From NCBI RefSeq assembly GCF_009914755.1, contig NC_060940.1: 64,000 bases of DNA; one strand, given 5' to 3'. The translations under genes were made by a program, and so were the position numbers. The notes under the pieces are model-generated. The model had not been told where the DNA came from and did no database searches. It saw only the letters and a list, made by a program, of their open reading frames with translations. Source of the stretch: the human T2T-CHM13v2.0 reference genome, Homo sapiens. Below are positions 13,845-27,204 of the stretch, one piece after another; position 1 is the first letter of the stretch; the number at the start of each line of letters is the position of its first letter.

Positions 13845-14300
13845 TTTTATTGCAAGGTAACTGAAAACCCAATTCCAAGTGGCTTAAGAAAAAAAAAAAG
13901 GCAGGTATGTGTGTATGTATGTGAGCGTGTGCAGACAAGCAGAATTTGTTGGTGCATGTAACCAAGAAGTCCAGGGGTAGGTAGAAGTGGCAAAATACAG
14001 CGACTTGAACAAATTACTTACTCCCCATCTCTCCTCCATATCTTACAGGCAGACTGTCTCCAAACAGTGTCTCTGCCAGCAACCAACCTCGACCCTCCCC
14101 ACTCCACGGCCAATGGTCAAGAGTACCTTTTCTAGTCCAAGGAGCAAAAGTCCCAGACTAGCAGTGATTGGGCCTGATTGGCTCCTCTTCGGCCACATGG
14201 GCATCCATGAGCCAATCATATGGTCAGAGGGACTTACTACTTGAATGGGTCAGCTCTCGGTCACACGTTCTTCCCCTGGGAGCAGGGTAGTGTTCATCCA
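13845..14300 (-). mobile_element. Old MaLR LTR (MLT1J/K-like)
   Basis: ttgcaaggtaactgaaaacccaattccaagtggcttaag...gattggctc...gagccaatca. Confidence 0.55.
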
Positions 14301-14749
14301 CCTGCTGCCCAAGGATGGCAAGTAAGAGAGTGTGTGGCTCCTAAAGGAAGATGAACAAACAGAACGTGCTTGCTCCAATAAAGGGAAATGGAGGCTGCAT
14401 GACAAAGAGGAGATGTCCACCATAAAACTGAATAGTGAGAAGGACAGGGGAAGTTTTAAAGTTCTATGGGCAGGCCAAACAATGGCCTGGAGATGGGAAA
14501 AGAATGACATGTGTTGAGTAGGACTGGTGGAGCTGGGCTGATGAGGGAGGAGCGTTCCAAAACTTAGATCCTCAGTCTCAGAGTGTAGCCATCATGGGCA
14601 CATGGCCTGAGGTGCTCCAGGGCCCCGTGGTGCTGTGGAGTCCTGAAGGGCCTGGGCTGGCTGTGGAAAGAAGTATCTGAAAATCCTTGCTTTGGGGGAC
14701 ACCAAAATGATGTGTTAGCCTATGTCTGCTTTCTAGGGTAAATAAAGGT

Positions 14750-14776
<27 letters not shown>
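14750..14776 (+). repeat. (CA)13 microsatellite
   Basis: Read directly. Confidence 0.95.
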
Positions 14777-14781
<5 letters not shown>

Positions 14782-15319
14782 GCAAAAGAGAAGAGGAAGC
14801 AGCAGAAACATCAATCATAGGGCTGAAGCTGGAGCTGAGGAGCTGCTCTGTCTCCAAATCCATATCTACTTTGGGTTTTCTGAGGCAGAGGAGCCCACCA
14901 AGGAAAGCATCAGAACATAACAGAGAGCTGATCCCAAGGCACTGGGGATTGGCTAAATTGTGGGGCAGCCCAACCCGGGGCAACTCTGAAGGGATGAGTT
15001 TCCAAGGATCAGACATAATTCAGTCCAGGGGCATTTAGTAGGCATCTAGCGTGTGCAGGCCCATGGGCTGTGTAGTACAGAGTGAACAGTCAAGAGAAGT
15101 GCCATACGGCCTCTGAACCTTGAGCCAGGCTCATCACAGGACATCCTCACTCTGCCTGCATCAGCTTGTCAGTGGACCTCTGCAAGGGCAGAGATGCCTC
15201 TCATTCCTCTGGGAGGTCTCCTTGAGTCTGCACACAGCAGTTACTCAATATTTGCATCTGTTGACAAATAAGTGAATGAATGAGTTCCTCAACAAAAATG
15301 GACATGATATAAAGGAAGT

Positions 15320-16210
15320 TGCCATTTATTGAGAACTATTTATATGCCAAGTAGTCAAGAATGCTCAGTGATCATCTATGGTCAGGTTTATTGAGTGCCC
15401 ACAGTGTTCCCATGCTAGAAATACACAGTGCATTTCTAGCCACTCTCAAGAACTTATGCTATAGAAGGTATCACCACCTCCATCTTCAAATGAAGGAAAC
15501 TGAGGCTCAGAGGGATTAAGGAGAATGCTCATGGTTGCACAAATATGAAATGGAAAAGCTAGCACCTGCCAAAAATTAGATTAAAATATAAATCTCTTTG
15601 ATTCTAAAGACAGACCAACCCAGCACTTGCTCCATTATTAAGTGAAATAAAAATCAAATTCACTTATACAGGCACTGAAGAAGGCCAGGTTAATTCTTAT
15701 TTGGGTTGGGGAGGTAAAGGTATCCCAAAGTGGGTGGCATTGAGCTGAACCTGAAGGATGGAGGAGTCTTCCCATATAAGGTAGCATGAGAAGGGTCCCA
15801 GGAAGAGGGACCAGTGTCAGCAAAGATCCAGTGTTGCAAAGTTGCCAGGTGAGTTGTGGCACTACTGGGATGGCACTTTGTAAGCAAAGAAAATTCCAGA
15901 TGGGCTAAGAAGCTGATGAGGCTGGATACAGAGATAATGGCCAGCTCACAGGGGTCTGAGAGCCCAAGGGCTTGTCCTATTATAATAGGTTCTATTTATT
16001 AAGTCTTCACTCTGTGCCAGGCACTATGCCAAGCACTTTCCATGTATCATCTTATAGCACTATTACTTATACTATTTGTAAGTACTTATTACTATTATCT
16101 TACAGTAAAGTATTACTTTCTCTACTGTACAGATGGGGCAACTGAGGCTTAAAGGGTACAAGTGGCTGCCCTAAGTCATGTGGCTAGAGGCTGGAACTCA
16201 GGCAGCCTGC
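15320..16210 (-). mobile_element. MIR / L2 / MIR cluster
   Basis: Antisense MIR cores (gaaactgaggctcagag ~15497, gcaactgaggct ~16138) flanking an L2-like segment. Confidence 0.65.
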
Positions 16211-17836
16211 CTGCAACCATGAGGTCTACTGCTGCTGCATGGAGAAGGGGAGGTTTGAGGGAGGCAGGAGGATGAGGACCCTGCCTCTTTCTCCAGCCGC
16301 ACCAACCCAGCTGGAGGGGAGCTGAAAAGGAGGCTGTCGATTCAAGGCCCGCCCCAATCCCTGAAAAGGGGCCGTCACTTCGTGTGCCCCTTCCAAGCAG
16401 ACAAGCAGAGCAAGGAGCAGATGGGAAGTTGCCCACCCAGGGACCAGCTCCAAACCTTCCAGAAACCTGCAAACATGAAACAATCATAGATGAGACGAGG
16501 CTTGAAAGCCACCATTTTTAAAATAAAAGGAAATCGCATAAAAGCTCTGGCAAAGATGACAAAAAAGAAAAGGAAACTTGTTAAGATCAAAAATGCAGGC
16601 AAACCTCAAAAAAGAGGCTTGGGATAAAGGAAGTGGGGGTTTTACCTGGGGGCTTCCAAGGGGGCTTCTAAAGTGGGTGAGGGTGGGGCTGTCCCCAGCC
16701 GGGGCTTGGGCGAGCTGGCGCCTCTGTCCTCCACGGGCACCTTTCATGTTACCCCCCTGCCAGGATCGTGAGGCTGGAGGACAGTGTAGAGAGGCTGGAC
16801 ACCCATTAAGTTTTCCAACTTGAAACTCATTCCTTTCCCTTTAAACTCAGGAAACTTGGAGCCCTTTCAAGGCACAGACAGGAATTCAAATGGCGCCCAT
16901 CTCTGCCTTCTCACCCCTGCACAGGGAGGTCGGGTGCTTTTCTGTCCCTGCCCCGGGAGAAAGTTAATTCTTCACCCAGGTGATGAAGCGCTAGCCTGGT
17001 GGGACACCTCTGGCCAGAGTCACATCATCTGCCCCTGATGAAGGAGCTTTAGCAGGGCCTTTCTTGTCCTCAGACCCCTAAGGTGTAGATGGCAAGACAA
17101 GGGGCCAGCACAGCTGTAACTTCAAGCAGGCACCCTGTGTGGATTTGCTGAATAACATTTGTAAAGAAGAAATTCGCCATGCCACAGAGCAGAAGGCAGA
17201 GGTCAGGGTGCAGGGTAGGAGAAGGGCAGATGGCACCTCCAGGCCTCAAGGCTTAAGGACTCAGAGTGGCCCAGTCCTCCCAGAGGGCCAGGGGGGTCAG
17301 CAGGGGTTTGCACAACCTTTGGCTGTGATGGCTGACATGTTTGCTAAGCCCCCCTTTATCTCAGCACAGAGACAAGTCCACAGGGCCCACTGTATGCCAA
17401 CAGCACCCACTCGGGGCCTAGCCTGTCGTGCAGATCAGGGAGGACCTGGAAGACACAGGTGGGGTGGAGGTGGGGGCCACAGGGACTTGGGGATGTGGCA
17501 AACACCTCAGGGCAAACTCGGCCACAAGCACACAGACACAGGGGCCCACACTCACAGGGACCACACAGGCTGGGGCTCTCATCCAGGTCCTGCCTGTCGG
17601 CCGGGGATAAGGCACACCTCACCTCACACCTCCCAGCTCAGCTTCCCCAGCCTGGGCAGGGACCAGGCCCTTGCCTTGCCTGCTGTGTGGGACGATGACA
17701 TGAGGGTCACCCGGGGCTGGTCTGTCATGATGTGCTGGGCTTGCTAAGCCTGGGAAGGGGCCACAAACAGTGCATGTTCTGAGAACTGGGGGAGGGGGAA
17801 AGGAGAGAGACAGAGGTGGACAAAAAATTAGAAACG

Positions 17837-18218
<382 letters not shown>

Positions 18219-19690
18219 CTAAACGGAGACAAAGCAGGAGAGACATAAAGGAGATGCAGTTGTGGGATATCAAAGACGGAGCAGAGACAGAGAGAGAGAG
18301 GCAGAGCTAGACAGAGAATCAAAGACGAGAGGAAGACAGAGAGAGGGCACAAGATGTAAAGAGACAAAGGGAAACCAAGACAGAAAGAGACAGGGACAGA
18401 GGAACAAGATGGAGACCACAACAACGAAGAGAGAAAGACAAAGAGGTAAGAGTGAGAGCAAGTCCCAGAAACCCAGAGAGAGAGGGAAGGATTCAGACAG
18501 AATGCCAAGCCACCTGCTTCACCCCACAATACACACACTCACAGGGACAAAGGTCCAGGGAGCAACAAACACTCACGCTCAGTGCCCGTCCATCCCTCTG
18601 TGCCTGCATCCAGTCAAGGGACCCAGGCAGAGCGCTCACTACTTCCAGGGTCATAGAGCACTGGACTGTGAGTCCTGGGCTCCAGTGAGATTGGAAGCAG
18701 AAGGCTCTGGGACAAGACTGCCTGGGTGGAAAACCAGCTGAGTGCCCCTTAGCTCAGTCTCTGAGCCTCAGTTTCCTCATCTGTGAAATGGGGTCGCTGT
18801 GTGCCTCCCCGGATGTGGCTCAGCACTGGCCGGGCCTCATGAACATGGGCCTTCACCCCCATGGTCTTTGGCGGCCCTTTCTCCTTCTCTTCTCTGTCTC
18901 TCCAGTAGGATCCTCTACAGCCCTCACCTGTGCTTGCCAGGAAGCAAGGGAGTCACCAGATCAGCAGCTGTTTCCACTCTGACAGACACCTGCCCACTGC
19001 CAGCAACAGCCAAAGGCCTCCAGAGGGGGCCTCACCTCAGTGCACTCTCCCTGGGACCTGTGCCCCTCCGTGCAGGAGACCTCCTCCCCCAAGGACAGCC
19101 ATCAGTGCAGCCCACGACACACCCCACAGCTCCAGCCCCTCAAAAGCCAGGAACATATATGCCAAAAATCGTACTTCTCCCATTAAAAAAAAAAGTGGTA
19201 CATTAACTGGCAGGAGGGAGGGATGGCAAGGTAGGGGGAGAGTGCAGAGCATGTGGGCCTCACTAAACCTTTGAGCTGCTTTCATTCAGGGATTTCAATG
19301 CTCCAGTTACAAGAGAGTTGTTAACCTCGTCATTAAAACCTCCGGACCCAAGGCTGACGAAAGGGCCAAGAGGTCAGGATGGCTCAAAAGTACAAGATTC
19401 AAAAAGGCGAGGGAGGGCTGCTAAGGGACCTGCAGGGAGATGGTGGCTGCAATGTCATCCCCTCAGAGAGGCCTTCCCTGGCCATGCTCCCCAAGGGGGC
19501 CCCCTCCCCTTCTTCTCTGAATGTCACCAAGGTAACGCATGCATTTCATGGCACACCTGGCTTTCTGTCTGCCCTGACAAGATTGCGGGTGGGAACCACA
19601 TCCGGTTTGTTCAGTCTTGATGCTCTGTGTCTGGCTGTGGAGATGTCCTTGCAGTATTTTCTGAAAGGAAATGTGTGTTAATTCTGGCTA

Positions 19691-19952
<262 letters not shown>

Positions 19953-20161
19953 TCAATCCTAGGGGACAGGCCAGCAGGATCTCAGCCCTCTGTCACTGCC
20001 TGTGCAGCCTGGGAGATCCCCTGACCTCCCTGTGCCTTGGTTTTCCATTCTGTAGAAGGTGGGGGTGGGGGCTGGCACATAAGTAGGGTAAGTCCCTGGG
20101 AATGCTCTGGCCCTGGGATTGGATGGGGTGTGGCAGGTGTCATATAATTAAAAATTAGCAT

Positions 20162-20240
20162 TCTATTGAACCAGGTGAAACTGACTTTCTTGTGGATGAA
20201 AAACGGTCAAATATAGGCAATTTCATATGGTTCAACCTAC
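20162..20240. mobile_element. MADE2 (mariner-derived MITE)
   Basis: About 80 bp: ttgaaccaggtgaaact...aaaaacggtcaaatataggcaatttcatatggttcaaccta, with inverted termini. Confidence 0.8.
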
Positions 20241-20699
20241 ACAATAATTCTAATAATCGGGCTTTGTAGGGACCGTGATAATAGCGTTGAGCCATACAGT
20301 AGATCCATTTAGTACAAAGAAATGAGGGGCTGGGTAAAAGGATCCCTGAGTTCTCTTTCAGACCTGTCTATTTTGGGGTGTCGAGAGTTTGCCCTGAGTG
20401 GCACAAAACAAATCACCCTCTCAACCTGAGCCAAGCAAAGAAGGTTCACCTGCCCCATTTGGTCCACAGGGCCAAATGCTTGGGACCCCGAACTCCCACC
20501 CCACTCACCTCGCATAGGAGCAAAGATTCTGGTGTGGAGTGGAGCAAGAAGGGCGGAGAAACGCCTAAAACGGGGAGGGGAAGAAAGGAAGAGCAAATAC
20601 ACAGAGCAGGACACACAGAGCCACACAGGGACACAGGCAGGGACTCTCACAGGGACACACCCACACACTTGTCAGTTCATTGCTGAAGCACATAGAGTG

Positions 20700-21300
20700 T
20701 TCAGAAAAGAGGGGGGAATGAGACACAGTCAGGTGAAGAGCGCCGGAAACGCTGAGAGGCCCCGGGGCCCAGTAGGGGGCGCTGTGACGAGCGCCCGGTG
20801 AGGGTGAGGGTGAGGGCTGCCAGCGAGGTGGGCGCGGGCGAGGTGGGCATGGGCTGCGGGGAGGCGGAGAGGGCTGAAAAGCCCCGGGGCAGCCTGAGCG
20901 CGGGGTTCCCTCGGCTGCGGGCTGGGAGTCTGGTCTGGGCCCGCACTGTTGTCCCGGGTTCTGACACCGTAGGCTGAGCCAGACCCCAGAGACCCTGGGT
21001 TGCGGGGGAGGTGAGGCCGGACCCAGGAGTGGCGACCGGCGGGGCTGTGGCTGGTCCCTTAACGATGATGGCCACCTCACAACTGGGCCTTGTTAGAAGA
21101 AAAAATCTCCGGGATGTGAGGGCCCCGGCGGCCTCTGTGCGCTTCCCTGCACCCGGCTGTGTGAGGTGGGGAGAGCTGGGATCCACCTACAAGGAGCAGA
21201 GGCGCCAGACAGCAGCACGAGGGTCCCGCTGCAGGCGGCTGTGCACACGGCAGCCGAGAAACTCCTCTCCCCTCTTCAGGGAGTCCCCACCTCCCAACCT
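20700..21300. promoter_or_regulatory. CpG island / GC-rich regulatory element
   Basis: Sharp local rise in CpG and GC content outside any recognisable repeat. Confidence 0.75.
20768..20784 (+). promoter_or_regulatory. CTCF core motif
   Basis: CCCAGTAGGGGGCGCTG matches the CTCF consensus CCASYAGRKGGCRS, inside a CpG island. Confidence 0.75.
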
Positions 21301-21439
21301 CAGGGGATAGTTCAGGGGTGTGCAGCACCCCAGGGAGGACAATCGGGGTTCTTCACTCCAATCTGTGTTGAGAGGTTGGGAGCTGAACTGCGGGTTGTTG
21401 GCAGCGGGTGTTTTCTGCTGCATCAACTAAGAAGTAGAA

Positions 21440-21900
21440 AAGTCTGATCATCAGAGAGAGAGGAGCAAGGGCAGGAGATAGAGAGACTTCCAACAGGGTC
21501 TGCGCGCCTAACTCTTGTTCTTGAGATCAACACAGTCCTGCTTTCAGCCTCCGCCAGTCACCACAGGGCCTTTGAGCCAAACCCTGTTTTTGTTTGAGCT
21601 GGTTTGAGTTCTGTCATTTGCATCCCAAACAGCACTGATGACTACACAATACACACACAGACACATAGTAAAGTAAAACAAGAAAGGACAAATGTGAATG
21701 AGTTTTCATGGGAAGAGCTCTGAGGACCCTAGCTTCGCCACCTCCCTGCTTTGTGACGTTAGGCAACTTCATAACCTCTCTGAACCCCTGTTCCCTTGCC
21801 CGTGACATAAGAACAATAACATCTCTTTTGCAGGATCATGCAATGCCCTCCGGCCAAAGGCTACCAGGAACACACCTTTCGGTTGAACAAAGTTGGCTTT
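21440..21900 (+). mobile_element. MLT1 LTR 3' remnant followed by MIR
   Basis: tttgagctggtttgagttctgtcatttgca...gactaca, then tgtgacgttaggcaacttcataacctctctgaacc. Confidence 0.55.
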
Positions 21901-24900
21901 TTGAGTCACTGCACTGGAGGGGAATGCGCACCCCTGGATGTCTCGGGGAGGGGATGTTAGTAGGACTGATCATGGGATTTGGGCTCGCATTAAGTGATTT
22001 TGCAGGCTGTTTCTCTAGGCTGGATGCTGTCAGGAAGCAAGGGTAATTCTGTGATTGGGTATGTCAATGATTCTCTTCTAGACGGCAGGAGGAACTGAGC
22101 AAAGCTACAACTGCAATTAGTTAAGAAACATTTGAGCCAGGAAGGGGAACATTTGGGCAGTTTTGTCATTTGGACGATGTTCACGTTTTCGTCTGCGTTC
22201 AGGCAGGACTACAGAATGGTCTCGTCTTTGTTTTGATCCTTCATGGTTACCGAGCGGTCTTGTCTGATGTTTCTGGGCTGTAGAACTGTTCATGTCCAAC
22301 AGAACACCATGGCCTGGCTGTGAATGCCAGGCCAGCCCAGGCTGTCAGAGGGCTTTCCCCTTTCTCAGTTGTTATGAGGATAACGTGCCCACACTTGGCA
22401 AACCATAGGCAATATTTCAGCTATGCTGGAGCAGTGATGATCTGGAGGTTGATACATTATGTGGCAGAGGCTGCCCGCACCACAGAGGCTCAGAGAAGGT
22501 TGAAGTTGCACAGGGATGCTTCCAGCAGCAGTGTTTAAGCTGGGTTTTTAAGGATGAATAGAAGTTGCAAGAGGAGGAAGGATGACTCCAAATAAATCAG
22601 AGCAGAGGCCTGATTAGCCCACTTTGGTGGGTTGTCATGGTGCCTCTCTGCCAAGAGGCAGTAGTCCCCCATAGTTGACCAGGGGTCCCCCGTCCCCACT
22701 TCAGGCAACAGGATCTGGACTGCACCAGGAGGAACACATGACTGTGCCAGTCAGCACATCACATCCCCATGGCCCATGGCTGTTTAGGGCAGGCGTATGA
22801 CTGACTTGTCCAATAAGATAAGATCTCAAAACAAATCACCCTCTCCACCTGAGCCAAGCAAAGAGGGTTCACCTGCCCCATTTGGTCCACAGGGCTGTTT
22901 CAAGGCCCTGTTCTCAGCCTCCTGTTCAGGATCAAGTTTCACAAATGGATCCTTCTCCTATGTCAGGCCTTCCTGACTTCTCCCCCTCTTGGCTACTCAT
23001 GCTAATTCCATGTCTGTGGTAGAAGAAGCCCCACACAGGCACTTACGGGGCTTCTACTGGATGCATCCTCATAGCCATCTGCAGGGGAGGAAGGAGCATC
23101 CCCATTTTATGGATAAAGAATTGGCTCACAGGTCCAAGGTCCCATCGCCGTTAAGTGGTGAGGCCACATGTAGCTGATTTCAGAGATTTGCTCACTATGC
23201 CAGGCTCCTCTCGAATGCTGGCTTCTGGTCAAGTAAATTAGTCCACAAAAGTTATCCACAGACAGTTATTGAGCACATATGATTGCACCCAGCTTTGGGT
23301 CAGCCTCTGACACAACTCCTTGGAGAAGGGGCATCCTAGGATTAAGAAACCAGCTCCCCCTACATAGGACCACCCGTCAGCATAACAAAGACGCCGGGTC
23401 TGGGGTGCCAATATAGCAATGGAATGGGAGCTTCACTAAGGACAAACAGCAGCATCTGCTTTACAGCGGTGGGCCCGAAGATCAGGCAGGAAAGGAGAAA
23501 GGAGAAAGAAGGTGAAGTCTCTTGAATAATAGGAAACCACTCCCTTGAGAGTCTGGACCTGACTCCTGGCTTTGGGGTCAGGCAGACATGGGTCCCTACA
23601 TATCCTTTCCTAGCTGTGTGACTTTGCCTGCCTGAGCCTCAGTTCCTCTAACTGTAGAGTAAGGATAATAATGGTGCCCTTTCCTCTGGCTATTGGATGG
23701 CTATTCTAAGCTGCTCGACTCATTCCCCCTCCCAGTCCTAGAGCCTAGCATCTGGGCTGGCATTAACCTTCCAGGAGCTGATGATGCACCCTGCTGGCAC
23801 CAGGGTGCCTGATGGACCGGGCTGCTGCTCGAGGAGGGAGTTGCTGGCTGTTTCCTCCTTTGACTCCCACTGGACCCATGAACTTGGGCCTTAGGTTGAG
23901 CTGATGGGGGAAGGACACGAGGCAAGGACTGAGCTTGTAGTCAGGCTCCTGGGAGCCCGCTGGCCCCAGGAACTGACCATGCAGGCCCCAGGCCCCATGC
24001 TCTTTGTAACTTCCTCTCACTATCCAGGACCACATGAATGGAAGTGCCAGGAAGACAGGGCTTTCGATTGCTTGGTTCATTGATCCATCCCAGCACCTGG
24101 AACAGGGTCTGACAAAGATGAGGTGCTCTGTACACATTTGTTGAATGAATGAATGAGCCTCATCCTGGCGGAAAGGGGGCTGTTTGGTAAGGTAAAGAAA
24201 TAGAGATGTTGTTAGCCTACTGCACATAGGAGTTTTCCTAGGAGAGGCCATTGACAAGGTTTGTTTGTTTTTCTTCCATGAAGAACTTGAAATTGCTAAA
24301 GCCAGGTGCTCAAAAACAAATGCCTTCAGAGGCCAGGCAGGTGATGGAAATGTGGATGGGCAAAGGTGTTGACCAAGAGGGATGTGTGGGGACTATGGGC
24401 AAACAGAGAGGACTTTTTGCACCTAAAGACATTCAAACTGCAAAAACTAAGCACCACTTCTACAGCCAACAAGAGGCCATCTGAGGGCCATGTCCATCTG
24501 AAGGCCTATCCCACTCAGGGCCTCCCAGGCATGGTTCCTGAATCCTGTCTCCCTCCTAGCCTAGCGAGAGGCCTGCCAGAGTACTGCCTTCATGTGCAGG
24601 ATGGGGACATCCAGGCCCCAGGTCACAGCTCCAGCTCCATCTGCATCCTTCATGCTCCCTAAGAGCCTGGCAGCCCAACTCTTCAGAGGAAGCAGTCCTT
24701 CCCTACTGCTGTTGCTGCCTTCATGGCCTCAGCTGGGTCCCTGGGGCTGGCACCTGGCAACCTTATACCCCCGGGGCCAACACCCAGGCCTGCACATGTG
24801 TGCACAGACACAGGACATGCCTGCGTGCACCCAAGCACCTGCCCCCAAAGGCATACTCAGGTGCTTTTGGGCACCTTCTGCTCTATTCATAGATCCCCTT

Positions 24901-25263
24901 CTCCAGGAAGTCCTCCCTGACTATACTCCCTCACACTGCATGCTAGATCTGCCCCTCCTCTCTCCAGGCCTTCATCATACCTCACAGTGACCTGTGGCAT
25001 CCCCTCCCCTGGGAACAGTGGCTCTGGTGGGGAGGAACTGTATATGACTCACTTCTGTGCCCCCCAGCACGGGCTTGGCACAGAGCAGGTGCCTGCAAGT
25101 GTTTTCTGAGTGCACAGGAGAAAGTTAAGAAGCATCACAGATATTAGGCTTCCTCAGTTCAAATCCCTATACGGCTACCTACTTGCTGTATGACTTGAGC
25201 AGGTAGCTCAAACCTCTCTGTCCTCAGTTTCCCCACGTGTGATATAGGGATAATAATAGTGTC

Positions 25264-25608
<345 letters not shown>

Positions 25609-26619
25609 CTAATTCACCAGTCTGGTGAGCATTCAGGGTTTGTGCAGCTGGTCTGGACACACAGCTCTATGCGCGAGTGTTTGCCACCATTGCCGCATTG
25701 GTTCCAGGTGGGCGTGGGAGGATTCAGTACAATCAGAAAGTATTCCTGTGGCCTTTGCAGAGAGACACCCCAGCAGAGGGGCTAGACAGCAACCTCCCAG
25801 ATGTCCTGGCCCAGCAGCTGGGCTCCCTTAGACTCAGTATTGACTCCTGCTTGTCATGGGGCACGTGGCCTCTTCCCTGAGCAGCACCATGTGGCGGGGA
25901 TGGGCAGGCCTCGCAGGTGGAATTGATTTTGAAATCTTGTCTCTTACACAGGAAAAGGTCATGTTTGCAGGCGGGTGTCCCGAGGCCTCTTTCCAGCAGG
26001 GCGCCCTGTCTGAGCCACGGGACTTCCATTAACATTAATGGGGGGCTCTGGGCGGAGGGCTTCGGCTGGGGGTGCCTGGGGGCCCGGGGTTGTGTGGCAA
26101 ACATGAAAATCATTCCTGATGAAGCTGCTTAGAGAGTTGGTCTGCAGGGCAGGGGGGCTATGAGGGCAATTCCAGCCTTGTCTGCCTGAGTTTGCCAAGA
26201 GCAGGTGGCACTGTGATGTGGGGAGACCCTGGTAGTCCCCTCAGCACTGGGGTCCCCAAAAAGGCTGGAGCAGAAGGCTCTCCCTCCTCAGACTCTCAGG
26301 CAGGGCTGCATCCAGCTGCCTGCTGGATCCTGCCAAAAAAGAAAAAAGAAGCAGTGGTCCTGCCCTGGGAGTGGGGCACAGCTTCTGCACCCTCTGTATC
26401 AGCCTTTGCTCTCACTGGGACAGGCCTGGGAGAGGAGGCTCCTGGGAGACAGGGGTTTGGACCAGCCCTCAAGGCCCCTGAGGCTAAAGCCTCAGATTTC
26501 AGATCCCTCAGCTCTGCCCAAATTCTCACCACTGAAGACTTCATGGCCCCCTCTGGCTGTCCACTGGGAATGGAACCAACACTTCAGAATCATGCCCTGC
26601 AGGGACCTCAGAGCTGATT

Positions 26620-26995
26620 CCAAAGCCATGAACTGTTCGCAGGCTGGATCCGATCTGTCACTGAGTTTTGAGTAGCCAGAGCGGAGTGTTTTTAATGCCA
26701 TTTTTAAATTAGCTGCCAACATTTCAAAGTTGGAGGATTTCACGTTTTAAAAGATAGAGGTTTGTAGCTTGGCTTGAAATATTAGAAGCGCTGGCTACTC
26801 CAGGCTGGCATTCCCATGTCATCAGCCAGCTGCCTGCTACAGACCTGCCTTGTCGCCCACAGTCCCCACCACTCCTTATCACCTCCCTCACAGGCATTGA
26901 GTGTAGGGCGCATTTGTCATCATGGTTGTACCTGGTTCACCTCATTCGTTCTTATTGCCTGAAGCCATGGGTGTTGGAATTCATGACCCTGGCTT
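26620..26995 (+). mobile_element. hAT-Charlie family DNA transposon fossil
   Basis: aaattagctgccaacatttcaaagttggaggatttcac...gcttgaaatattagaag...ggcattcccatg. Related pieces lie at ~57150-57230, ~57900-57995 and ~63510-63680. Subfamily uncertain. Confidence 0.5.
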
Positions 26996-27072
26996 TCTGC
27001 AGTGGCTGAGGGCCAGAAAAGCCAGGCCATTTGCACCTTAGAGCTTTTGCACTTGCTGTTCCCTTGACCTAT

Positions 27073-27204
27073 GTTTTGTTTTAATAGAGATAGGGGGTCT
27101 CCCTTTGTTGCTTAGGCTGGTTTTGAACTCCCAGCCTCAAGCGATCCTCCCATCTCGGCCTCCCAAAGTGCTAGGATAACAGGCCTGAGCCACCGCACCC
27201 GGCC
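27073..27204 (-). mobile_element. FLAM/Alu left monomer within an L2 (27020-27555)
   Basis: Single antisense monomer. The surrounding L2 ends in gaatgaatgaa. Confidence 0.85.
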
